DNA from: Eledone cirrhosa | Taxonomy: Eukaryota | DNA length: 64,000 bases | Direction of reading: 5' to 3' | NCBI GenBank assembly: GCA_964016885.1 | Contig: OZ024750.1 | Location: forward strand, 49,290,001 to 49,354,000 | Shown here: positions 29,691 to 41,962 of the stretch, one piece after another | Position numbering within the stretch: the stretch's first letter is position 1 | How the letters are laid out: each line of letters starts with the position of its first letter | Notes under the pieces: model-generated | Told to the model about the DNA's origin: nothing | What the model saw: only the letters and a program-made list of their open reading frames with translations | Database searches by the model: none | Program-made: the position numbers and the translations under genes

Positions 29691-29739
29691 TATATATATA
29701 TATATATATATTAACGGCTTTCCTGTCTTAACGACATCA

Positions 29740-29772
<33 letters not shown>

Positions 29773-29859
29773 GTTATCTCTTTCTCTTAATTCCGAGTAT
29801 ATTCTTTTGACCGGCCACCTTCCTGGTAGCAATGTTGTAAAAGAAAATAAATTGTCATC

Positions 29860-30131
29860 CCTTGAATCGCAAGCATGTTTTGCACACGTTGAAGGTGCTC
29901 CCTAACACTATGAATTAGGGAGCTGCGGTCTTTGTCCGCAAATCCAAGTTCAGACAAACTTTGGTCCAAGTGGGTTGGTGTATAAGCCGTAGCTCCAATA
30001 ATGATGGGTATGAAGCTAAAGTTGTATCTTGGATACTGGATTTGTAAACTCCGCATCAATGGTCCGTAGCTGTCCCCCTTCTCCTGTATTTTTCTGACAA
30101 CGTTTACCACAAGTAGGCAGCTGATCTCCAC
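29860..30131 (-). pseudogene. Restriction-like endonuclease fragment of an R2/R4/Dong-type non-LTR retrotransposon
   Basis: [50 protein letters not shown]...L.ELGF matches the RLE pattern (E-K..KY..L...IPI..GA.G). Confidence 0.7.
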
Positions 30132-30201
30132 TATGTATGTATGTATATGTATATGTATATATATATATGTATGTATGTATGTATATGTATATGTATGTAT
30201 G

Positions 30202-30233
<32 letters not shown>

Positions 30234-30260
30234 TATACAGTATGTATGTATGTATGTATG

Positions 30261-30295
<35 letters not shown>

Positions 30296-30340
30296 TATGT
30301 ATGTATATATAAAAATATATATATATAGTATGTATGTATT

Positions 30341-30394
<54 letters not shown>

Positions 30395-30397
<3 letters not shown>

Positions 30398-31313
30398 AAT
30401 TAATATATCTACCGACATATGTATACCGATGCATACCTATGCTAGCAGATATATATGTTTTGTCTTAGTAACTTTGTGGTTCTATGCAAGGGAATGCAGA
30501 ACAATTATATGAAAGACGTAAATAAGAAAGTTATGAAAATTGACTTACTTACTAAAATTTCACTCCAACTAATTAGTCCCGCTCGTTTTTTTCCATCCAC
30601 TGAATTATTTTTATATAAGTTCCCAGTGTCCCCGCATTGCCTGGAAACTTAGCTGAGAATAGACTCCCTGATGACGTAAGGCTTCTCTATAATTATTACA
30701 TAACTATATTTATCCCCTTACAGAAACTAATTAGTCGGAGTGAAATTTTAGTAAGTAAGTCAATTTTCATAACTTTCTTATTTACGTCTTTCATATAATT
30801 GTTCTGCATTCCCCTGCATAGAACCACAAAGTTACTAAGACAAAATATATATATCTGCTAGCATGGGTATGCATCGGTATACATATGTCGGTAGATATAT
30901 TAATTCTTTATAATTACCTCCAAATTATTTGTTGAGCAAAATTTGCCAAATTACTACTGTGACTGATAGTAGTAGCTAGGCTCTGTCTTATTAGCACCCC
31001 CACTCCAAGCTGGTTAACCTCAGTGTCACGTGATTGATTCTTTTGAATTTGCCACTTGACCAAGAAGGCAGTGAATTTTTCAATGGCTTGGAATCTAGCC
31101 CCGCTCGTTTTTTCAATCCACTGAATTATTTTTATATAAGTTCCCAGTGTCCCCGCATTGCCTGGAAACCTAACTGAGAACAGACTTCCTGATGACGTAA
31201 GGCTTCTCTATAGTTATTACATAACTATATTTATCCCCTTACAGAAACTAATTAGTTGGAGTGAAATTTTAGTGAGTAAGTCAATTTTCATAACTTTCTT
31301 CTTTACGTCTTTC

Positions 31314-31316
<3 letters not shown>
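30395..31316 (+). repeat. HHR tandem family G: ~1.4 units (period 521 bp) preceded by an inverted segment (30395-30577), in (TA)n
   Basis: CTGATGA at 30668 and 31189 in identical context; 30395-30577 is the reverse complement of ~30726-30912. Confidence 0.85.
30663..30741 (+). ncRNA. Type I hammerhead family G (also 31184-31262 +, 60726-60805 -, 61249-61328 -)
   Basis: ACTCC-CTGATGA-C GTAAGG ...CCTTAC A-GAA-ACTAATTAGT-C-GGAGT; helix II covaries to GAAATG/CATTTC in the 60.7-kb copy. Confidence 0.88.
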
Positions 31317-31353
<37 letters not shown>

Positions 31354-31418
31354 GGAAGTCATAACATCGAATCTCTGGCGGTTAGCAAGTAAATTCGGCC
31401 TCCATATATATATATATA

Positions 31419-34400
31419 TGTTGGAGGTGAGTTTTATTGTTGAACACTAAAACTATGCATATATCGGATAAGGAGCACTCAACAGTCTATTGAACTGGAG
31501 TATATATAACATTGTCGACCCTAATTCTTCTAAAAACGTTTTAGTTCATTCTGACAAAACAAATAATTGATACGGCATAACTAAAGATAAATATAATAAC
31601 CTTATCTTTAAAGAACTAAGGAAAAAGTATCGCAAACCACCCACGATAATCTTGAGTCTATTAATTTCGAAGCATTTGAGATTATTTCTATAATTGGTAT
31701 CGAGAAAAAAACTTAACACTTCTTCCCAAAACTCCTAGGATTAATCTGAAAGATCATAAAACAAATTTTGGAACTGGATTGCCTGTAATACTAATTGCCC
31801 CCTCTAAATCCGATCTGGGGGTTGTTAGTAAATCCATCTTGGATAGAATTATCCCACAGGTCTGCCATAATTCTCTATTAAATGTATGGTTGGGTACTTC
31901 TGATGTGATAGACCGGTTCAATGACCTGCATAATAAAAACAAACTAAAATGTATTTAGTTTGACATTGTCTCTTTCTCTTCTTCTATTTCTCCTTCACTC
32001 CTCAACAAGGCTCTCTCTTATGCATTTAAATACTCGGACATCACTACAGATGAATTGAACATCATTCTCACCGCAAGAAAAACTATCCTGGTATTTAAAA
32101 ATGAATATTGGACAAGAGCTGATACTTCCAACAATTTTGACATGACCATAGGTTCGTCGGATTCAGCGCAATCGACAAGACTTGGTTGGAATCTTCATCT
32201 TGAAATCTTGAAATCGGAAAATTCCTCAACTTTGCGGTGGAATATATTGTTACTGTCTTAAACTGTAACATAGTAAACCTTAATATTATCAAGAATAATA
32301 TACTTGAACAATTTAAACACCTTAACCTAACAATTGAATTTGGGAACAACGTTAACTTAGCTAACTTACTAGATATATCCCTTAATCTAGATACCGGCCT
32401 ATATTACCCATACCATAAGGATAATGAGAACTTAAATTATGTAAATTTTAAATCAAACCACCCTATTAATGTTAAAACTGCTCTAGTCAGAAATGTTGAA
32501 AAAATAATCTCTAAACTATCTTCTAATAAACTTATCTTTGATGCCAACCCCAACTATTATAATAATGCGCTATCCAGAGCTGGATATCACGACAAAATTA
32601 AATACACTAAGGAAACCAATCTTGGCAGAACTTATTGTAATATAGCTGGTTATAAGCATACCAATAACATAAAGAGGAGACCTAGATATAAAAATATAAT
32701 TTGGTATAACGCTCCATTCTCTCTTTCACTTATTAGTAATATCCCTAAATTATTGTTTAGGTCGTTAGATAATTGCTTCCCTCCTTCACATATTTATAGT
32801 AAGATTTTTAATAAGCATACCATTAAATTCTCATATTCACCGACTTCCACCATTTCTAGTTATTATCTCAAAACATAATACTAAAATATTAAATAATAAC
32901 TCATATGCATCCAACCTTGAGCGTCATAATAATAACACTATAAGGCCCGATGTCAATGTAAACTCTAGACAAGACAAATTAAATATAAATACGACGTCAA
33001 ACGTAACTTTGATGAATGCTTCAAACAGTAATCTAAGTCAGGAAACATTAGCACCTCCTTTAGCTAATTCCAACACTACAATTCCTATTATAATTATTCC
33101 TCGGTCACTTGCAAATAACTCTGTTAATAATCTTAATCGTAAATGCAACTGCCCTAATAGAACTAAATATCCTCTTAATAATTTCTGTCTTGATAAAAAT
33201 CTAGTATATGAATGTGAGGTGCTAACTAGTACCAATTCTTATACCTACATTGGCTCTACTTCTTTTAAGAATATAACCATTCTTCCTCATTTAAATATCC
33301 ACTAAAAATAACAAACACTGCACTCTCAGAATTCATCTGGTCCTTAAAAGACAAAAACATTAATTTCAAATTTCTTGACGTAAAATATACAATGCTTCTC
33401 CATATTGTAATGCGCCCATATCTAGGGCTTGTAATTTATGTCTAGCTGAAAAAATTACCAATATCTCTAATTTCAACTCTATAATAAATAGACGCACCGA
33501 TTTATTTATTCTATGCATCCATAAGTCTCTTAGGTCATTTCACGAAGTATACAGCTAATACCATATGTCTTATTCCACGAATAAGGTTAACATTTTTTAC
33601 ACATATATATTTTTTTACACAAATATCTGTTTACACTCTTTTTTTCTCGCATATTGCAGTAGATTCTACAACGTTTTAAACATACTATGACGTTATATGG
33701 TTTTCTAAGCTTTAAATCACTCTAGCAAATTCCTTTATCTACTTGGTGATACAAAATATTATTTAAATAGTTCATATTTAATGTTTCTTTATAATCTTTT
33801 TTCTCACTATTTTTAAGCTGCTCACCTTTCCTCCTTTATCACATCAATTTTTCTCAGTATAAACCTTCCTTGATTTTGTAAACAAAATATGACGTCATAT
33901 GTTTTCTTCTTCGTTTTTCTTCGCTTTTTCTACGCCTTTTTCTACGCTTAAATAATTATAACATTTTCCTTTGTTTACGTGTGGATTAAATTAATATTTA
34001 AATATTTAAATAGTTTTCCCACATACATAATTTTTTTATATATAATCTATATTTCTGTTATATATAATCTATAATTTTTAATAGTAAACTTTTAATTTTT
34101 GACATGGTATGACTACTCTTATTTATTTACTTGTACAAATATATATATTTTCACATAAATATCTCTTCACACATTTTTCTCACATTTTTCAAATACACTC
34201 TATTTAAACAAACTATGACATTACATTGTATTCTACGATTATAAATCATTTAATTTAATTTTACTTTATTTTATTTTAATAATACATGTTCACACCTCTT
34301 AATACATTTTTTTAGTATATATACCCTAAATAAATATATACCTACTTTCTATATCTGTAATCATAAACCTCATCGATTTATTAATTTATTTATTTCATAG

Positions 34401-34735
34401 CGGTATAAATTTGTTCAGCCGTTATTCACATCTGTTTTTCAGTCTTGACAGGGTTTCCCGTTTAAAAATCTCTATATATCTCTCCATTCTCTTTCTCTCT
34501 CCTCCTTCCTTCTTAAATATTATCTTATCCTTCTTTTTCCATTTCCCTCTTCCCTCTTTTTTCCAATCTTCTCTATCCTTTTACATTTTTTTATCATAAG
34601 TTGAATGGACACTTTCTTCTTCACAAGTGTTTTTTTAGATATCATATCATGTTACCTTATTTTATGTGATGAGAACGCAACTATCGTCCCATAATAAAAT
34701 ATATGGAACTTTATTAACCATCTTTTAATTTCGTA
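31419..34735 (+). mobile_element. Decayed near-full-length PLE (family H; RT + GIY-YIG with frameshifts and stops, long AT-rich 3' UTR)
   Basis: Fragments: VHSDKT (~31545), FDMTIGSSDSA, LLDISLNLDTGLYYPYHK..SNHP, IWYNAPFS, KCNCPNRTKYPL..CL..NLVYEC...YIGST, CNLC; homologous to 26140-28038. Confidence 0.85.
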
Positions 34736-35519
34736 TATATATTGGTAAACGGATGTATATATATTGGTAAACGGAATAGAAAATGCTGACAAATTGTTCA
34801 CAGTGAAAAATAGTTTAATTAGGAATAAGTGATAATTAGTAATAGTATTGGTTAGTTTTAAGTTTTGGTTTTAAGTTCTACCGGTTGCGCATTTCTAATG
34901 CTTTTCAAAAATAATTTTGAGATAGAGCGTCCGTGATGTTTGCTCTGATCTGATTAGTTTTGGGAATTCTACCTGTTTTTATGTTAAAAATGTTGCTCCA
35001 GCGGTATTAAAATAAGTTTTGCCCCAATTCGTGTTGTAAAAATTCTTGTGGTCAAAACAATTTTGATTGGTCGGTAGAGGTCATGTGAATGTAAAAAATT
35101 GATTTTGCGCTAAATGTAGGTTTGTGTCGGCTGACTGAGAGATAAGTCTTTCGCAACAAATATGTGTGTGTGTAGTAGTAGTAGTAAAGAGGTTCGTTGT
35201 TGTGATAATGGTCAGCAGGGATGTGTGTGCGACCCGCAGCCTGTTGACAGTTCAAATGCCTGTTAAGACAAGTGTGTGTGTGTGTAGCAGAGTAACTTAC
35301 GCACAGAGTACATATATATACATGGGTACATATACTCTGTGCGTAAGTTATTTGAGAAAATACCGTTAGGGGTTATTATTGAACTTTGGGGTCGATAAAA
35401 TAAAGTACCAGTAATGCACTGGGTAATTGCTGGCCTTGTGCCTAAAGTAGAAACAATTATTGAACTGTGCTAAATATTATATAAACTTTTTGTCGGAAAT
35501 CGATAATGGCAGACACTCT

Positions 35520-36460
35520 GCTTACTCAATAAATGTAAGGGCATGCTGTAATTGTGGCTTGAAAGGCTGAGAATAGCCGTTTAGAGATGTTTCAATTTTT
35601 AAAATTGCCTGATTTTTCATCGTCAAAGTTCGTAAGGGATTAAAAACCTAAGTCGGAAACGTATCCGGAATATCACAGAGTAAAGAACATTCCTAATTCT
35701 CTGAGATCATCAGAACACCTGATTTTATTTAGAAAATTCAGTGGACCATTGATGACAATCGTAGAAAATCCATCACCGCACTTACAACACATCTCCATGT
35801 CTCAGAAAGAATAATCAGTAATGTTGTCCACGATGACATCAGATATAAATCTTATGTAATGAGGAAATGTCAATTTATGTTAGGAAAAATCAAGACCTTT
35901 AAACAACCTAAAAGTAGAGTAGAAGTTGATTTGATTTTCTCAGATGAGAAAAACTTTGAGCAAGTTCAGAAATGTAAGAAAACAAATGACATATATTTAT
36001 GTACAGACACTTCTAAAGTTCCAACACAATTATTCCTGTTACTGTCATAGTTTTGGATATTTTTTCCCTCAGGTCCTACATTAAAGGCCGGTAAAAAAAT
36101 TGTTAAGCTCTGGGTAGACAGTGTATGTAATGAAAGGCTTTATGTGGTTGAGCAATGCACAGCACAACCAGACAGGGCTCAATAAACGCAGGAATGGATG
36201 GATGAAAATGTTCATAACAACACAACCCCTAAAATTTGGCCTCCTAACTCCCCAGACCTCAATCCGTTGGACTACTACGTGTAAAGAGTTGTTGATTGAG
36301 AAGTCAATGAACACCCCCATAACACCAATGACATTTTGAAAGCTGGCATAGTCGGAATAATGAGCAATAGGAACCAGGACCATCTAATTCAAACATATAT
36401 ATGATTTCGATCTCGCATAGAAGTTATTGAAGCTGAAGGTGGCTTCATTGATTCAAATTG
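35520..36460 (+). pseudogene. Decayed Tc1/mariner-superfamily transposase
   Basis: IFSDEKNF (35935-35960) and WPPNSPDLNPLDYYV* (tggcctcctaactccccagacctcaatccgttggactactacgtgtaa, ~36237-36284) in different frames. Confidence 0.8.
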
Positions 36461-36511
36461 TAAAAATGAGTATATATGTCCATGCTTATAGCAGAGTTTG
36501 AAACATTAAGT

Positions 36512-36595
<84 letters not shown>

Positions 36596-36596
<1 letters not shown>

Positions 36597-36965
36597 CGTT
36601 TCTGAATTTGTTTAGCAATATTCTTTATCTGAAAACGTGTGTTGAAATGGATATTGTTATACTTTGGGATGTAACACATGCGCAAACTAAGCACACAGCA
36701 CACACAAAAACAAGATGGCGTAGGACAGAAGAAAGGAGAGGCACAAAACAAAGAAAATAATCCCCGGTCACTGATGAGGTCACATAATGTGTGACGAAAG
36801 AACTTTGACAATATATAAACAACCATTCGGTTGTGGAACCAACCAACCAACCGGAAATTTATAAATTCTTTAAATTTAAAATTTAGTTTATAATAAATTG
36901 GAGTGAACGCTACTGGTGCGTGTGTTTCATATTGGCAACATGACCCTCCCTAAGTATAACAATAT
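36596..36965 (+). mobile_element. PLE family B 3' end with HHR (36767-36809) and short inverted tail
   Basis: GTCA-CTGATGA-G GTCACA TAATG TGTGAC-GAA-AG AA CT-T-TGAC; same UTR as 7000-7300. Confidence 0.8.
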
Positions 36966-37049
36966 ATATGTCTATCTATATACATAAACAACTGCTCTCA
37001 AATGCCTTACTCAGCTTTTTACATCTATACACACACATATGTATGTATA

Positions 37050-37155
<106 letters not shown>

Positions 37156-37171
37156 AGTGTGCGTGTGTGTG

Positions 37172-37214
<43 letters not shown>

Positions 37215-37222
37215 ATATATAT

Positions 37223-37302
<80 letters not shown>

Positions 37303-37913
37303 AATATCAATAAAGTGCACGAAGGCTACATAAACAAGAACAGAAAAATGCATCATTACCTCCTCAAAAGCATTGCTAGCAGTACGTGTTGGCGTATTAA
37401 TGTGTTTGTGTAAAAGCAGTGTCAGTTTAAGCAACATGGGAGACCCGACTCTTTTGCTCTGAATCATAAGGGACGAGAGAAAATAAAAGAGAACTGACAG
37501 GAAAATGTACGATTATCTTTCAAACAAGGGGATTACGTATGTGAACATTTGTAACTTGAATTGATTTTACAAAAGTATGTACACGTGATACCAAAAGCAT
37601 GGAAACAATGACTGACGTCAATGAAAAGCGAAGTGAAGAAAATATGTCTGCAGCTGTATATTGCTATGATCCGATAAGTTCAATTAACATGCTGGTGATA
37701 AGAAACATGAGTAATATTAACGAAAGAGAAATTGGAAGGAAAGGAGAGGAAAGGAGAGCAAGTGAAAGATCAAAGAAAAAAAAAGAGGAAATATGGGCCA
37801 GGAGATGGCGTTGATATATAGGAATATAGTATAGGTATTTCTGCTGACACTTTATATATAAATATACACATAATAACAAACATGTATGAATGTATGTATA
37901 TATCTATGAATCC

Positions 37914-37970
<57 letters not shown>

Positions 37971-37982
37971 TATGTATATATG

Positions 37983-38077
<95 letters not shown>

Positions 38078-38673
38078 TTAATACAATAACAGAGAAAGCT
38101 TTAAACTAAACTCTGACTGGTAACCATCTCACTCAACAAACATTAGGATATACGTTAGTATAATCCCAATTTTGTGTTTGGGGTGCTATCTATATGTATT
38201 TTGTGGAAAGCCAGTTGTATTATTTTATATGAAATATAAATAAAATTAAAATATATCTCTCTTTCCAAACAATTGTTTCATTATATGTTTTCTACAAGTT
38301 GGGAGAAGTTTTCCGGTTTATGTAGAAGTCTACATATTTTTCTGTAAGAACATATGCAGGTGGGCACTTATAAATCATCTGTGGATGTCCATTAAACTTT
38401 GATATGAGAAAACATTTCTTACCGCAGTTATTTTTCGTGTCCGCTAAGTCGTCCCTTCACGCATCAAATGACCTCCAAATTTGAAGGTCCAGCAGTCTTT
38501 AGACTGACGAATATCACATCGTCACGAAGCGGAAAAGGGAGGCAATCGCGAATCACAACAAAGTAAAATAATATACACATGGGTTAATTAGTTTTTTCAA
38601 AAACAATATCAATGCTGCGTGTTAAGAACTCAATTAATTTTTATTAAAAATGTATGCATGTATTAATTACACA

Positions 38674-38708
<35 letters not shown>

Positions 38709-38711
<3 letters not shown>

Positions 38712-40257
38712 AATATAGACATAGAATATTCGAAAATATTCTGTATGTTTATAATAAACATTTTGAAGACCTAATCGCTATAGAATAGAATACGTCACGT
38801 ATTACAATTAGATTCTCGATAAAAGCAAGGGAAGTAATCTACGCGTTTCATTCTTGTTAGAAATCTTCAGGACTACATATCCAGTGCTTTTATCGAGAAT
38901 GACACAGCTAGAGACTTATAGAATACTTAGCTGTGTACAGGAACTGGTTTGAAAGAGCGGTTGCCGGTCCGGCAGAAATTAGAAATTGGAATCAATGCTC
39001 TGAAATAGCGATATATATGTGAATATAGACATAGAATATTCGAAAATATTCTGTATGTTTATAATAAACATTTTGAAGACCTAATCGCTATAGAATAGAA
39101 TACGTCACGTATTACAATTAGATTCTCGATAAAAGCAAGGGAAGTAATCTACGCGTTTCATTCTTGTTAGAAATCTTCAGGACTACATATCCAGTGCTTT
39201 TATCGAGAATGACACAGCTAGAGACTTATAGAATACTTAGCTGTGTACAGGAACTGGTTTGAAAGAGCGGTTGCCGGTCCGGCAGAAATTAGAAATTGGA
39301 ATCAATGCTCTGAAATAGCGATATATATGTGAATATAGACATAGAATATTCGAAAATATTCTGTATGTTTATAATAAACATTTTGAAGACCTAATCGCTA
39401 TAGAATAGAATACGTCACGTATTACAATTAGATTCTCGATAAAAGCAAGGGAAGTAATCTACGCGTTTCATTCTTGTTAGAAATCTTCAGGACTACATAT
39501 CCAGTGCTTTTATCGAGAATGACACAGCTAGAGACTTATAGAATACTTAGCTGTGTACAGGAACTGGTTTGAAAGAGCGGTTGCCGGTCCGGCAGAAATT
39601 AGAAATTGGAATCAATGCTCTGAAATAGCGATATATATGTGAATATAGACATAGAATATTCGAAAATATTCTGTATGTTTATAATAAACATTTTGAAGAC
39701 CTAATCGCTATAGAATAGAATACGTCACGTATTACAATTAGATTCTCGATAAAAGCAAGGGAAGTAATCTACGCGTTTCATTCTTGTTAGAAATCTTCAG
39801 GACTACATATCCAGTGCTTTTATCGAGAATGACACAGCTAGAGACTTATAGAATACTTAGCTGTGTACAGGAACTGGTTTGAAAGAGCGGTTGCCGGTCC
39901 GGCAGAAATTAGAAATTGGAATCAATGCTCTGAAATAGCGATATATATGTGAATATAGACATAGAATATTCGAAAATATTCTGTATGTTTATAATAAACA
40001 TTTTGAAGACCTAATCGCTATAGAATAGAATACGTCACGTATTACAATTAGATTCTCGATAAAAGCAAGGGAAGTAATCTACGCGTTTCATTCTTGTTAG
40101 AAATCTTCAGGACTACATATCCAGTGCTTTTATCGAGAATGACACAGCTAGAGACAGCTATTAGGTCTTCAAAATGTTTATTATAAACATACAGAATATT
40201 TTCGAATATTCTATGTCTATATTCACATATATATCGCTATTTCAGAGCATTGATTCC
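38709..40257 (-). mobile_element. Retrozyme-like array: 4.7 apparently identical 310-bp non-coding units, each with a minimal HHR, plus terminal inversion (40160-40257)
   Basis: gaatatagac starts at 38711, 39021, 39331, 39641, 39951; truncation at 40155; flanked by (TA)n. Confidence 0.9.
38834..38876 (-). ncRNA. Minimal type I hammerhead ribozyme (repeated at 39144-39186, 39454-39496, 39764-39806, 40074-40116)
   Basis: Minus: GTAGTC-CTGAAGA-T TTCT AACA AGAA T-GAA-ACGCGT-A-GATTAC; intact core, palindromic helix III, GUA triplet. Confidence 0.9.
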
Positions 40258-40261
40258 GATA

Positions 40262-40296
<35 letters not shown>

Positions 40297-40612
40297 AGAT
40301 ACGGAGAATCAGTGGTGCGGCGAATTAGAATTTCTCAGACATATTACAATCGTTTCTTTGGCGACTAGCTGGGGGCACGATCGATGCGATGATCGAACCT
40401 GACTCTGAAATTGCAAGTTTTATCAGACACTTCTCAATCCTGTTCATCAGATAACCGATTGTAATATGTGTACTAAATTATAATTCACCGTACCACTATT
40501 TCTCTCTTACTTGTGACATTATACTCTGCTCTGTAAGAGCATCGAGTGCTCAAATGGCCTACCGCATAAGGACGCTTTAAGCATTTCACACCAATCATAT
40601 ATACGTATATAT

Positions 40613-40643
<31 letters not shown>

Positions 40644-40787
40644 TTTGAGGACTAAAATCGAAAGAGGGCTTGATAAGGATAAATATATATCAAATATATA
40701 AGAACAGTAGAGCAAAGATTTTAATAAATATACATATATATATATACGATATTAAATAAATGGAAACTATATTTATAAAACCATATT

Positions 40788-40853
40788 TATTTCATTATAT
40801 ATATTTCAGGGATATCATATTAAAAATATGGTATGCCTTCTTCAGACAAAATA
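40788..40853 (-). ncRNA. Type I hammerhead family I
   Basis: Minus: TATTTTGT-CTGAAGA-AGG..CATATT TTT AATATG..CCT-GAA-ATATATAT-A-ATGAAATA. Confidence 0.7.
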
Positions 40854-41276
40854 CAATATAAACAGTCTTATAAATAGATAGATTTGACATACCTTACAAC
40901 TTCAACTTCCATTTAAAAAGTTGATTTGGTAGTGAAAAATGTTAGAGACAGTTATAATAAGAGAGAAAGAAAAAAGCGAAGAAAAAGAAGAAATGCATAC
41001 AACTAAATAGAGAGAGATAGATATATAGAGATAGATAGAGAGAAGAAATTCATGTAAAGAAACAGAGAGAGATAGATAGAGAGAGAAAAAACACAGAGGG
41101 AGATAGATAGAGAGAGAGAGAGAAAAGAGAGAGAGAGAGAACAAATAGAGAGAGATAGATAGAGATAGAGATAGAGAGAAAGAAAATAGGTAGTTGGGCA
41201 ACAGTTGAATGACGTATCAATGATATATTTATTTATTTATTTATTTATTTAGTTCTAGTATTAAGGTAGAGAGAGA

Positions 41277-41331
<55 letters not shown>

Positions 41332-41340
<9 letters not shown>

Positions 41341-41740
41341 TAAACAAATAATGAATAAACAATTCCTTATATTAAACAAAAAAAGTTCATTATTTAACGA
41401 TCGTTTCTAGGATATATATGTGTTAGAATTGGTATGCATATTCAACAGATCTATGTACAAAATTATACAAAATTATACAAATTATCAAGATTAAATATAC
41501 ATACCAAACACATATATACGCCGTCTTCAGAAATAATCATTCTGAAGACGGCGTATATATGTGTTTGGTATGTATATTTAATCTTGATAATTTGTATAAT
41601 TTTGTATAATTTTGTACATAGATCTGTTGAATATGCATACCAATTCTAACACATATATATCCTAGAAACGATCGTTAAATAATGAACTTTTTTTGTTTAA
41701 TATAAGGAATTGTTTATTCATTATTTGTTTAATATTTTAT
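41332..41740. repeat. ~410-bp near-perfect palindrome
   Basis: Arms meet at cgccgtcttcagaa ataatca ttctgaagacggcg. Confidence 0.92.
41389..41537 (-). ncRNA. Type I hammerhead with ~116-nt helix II domain (family J)
   Basis: Minus: ATTATTT-CTGAAGA-[116 nt incl. tatatgtgtt/aacacatata and tggtatgtatatt/aatatgcatacca]-GAA-ACGATCGT-T-AAATAAT. Confidence 0.75.
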
Positions 41741-41871
41741 CTTGACTCTGTATACCGTTTATCTTTCACCGAAAGTGATTTTTCATTACATCTCTTCTTT
41801 CCATGATATCCGGAATACATTGAGTTCTTCATACGGATTGGACACTACCGTAAACTCTTGGTAGATTTATC

Positions 41872-41961
<90 letters not shown>

Positions 41962-41962
<1 letters not shown>

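Noticed and set aside
38709-40155. CRISPR array or plain satellite interpretation of the 310-bp repeat
   Set aside because: No variable spacers, eukaryotic context; HHR and hairpin content explain it better
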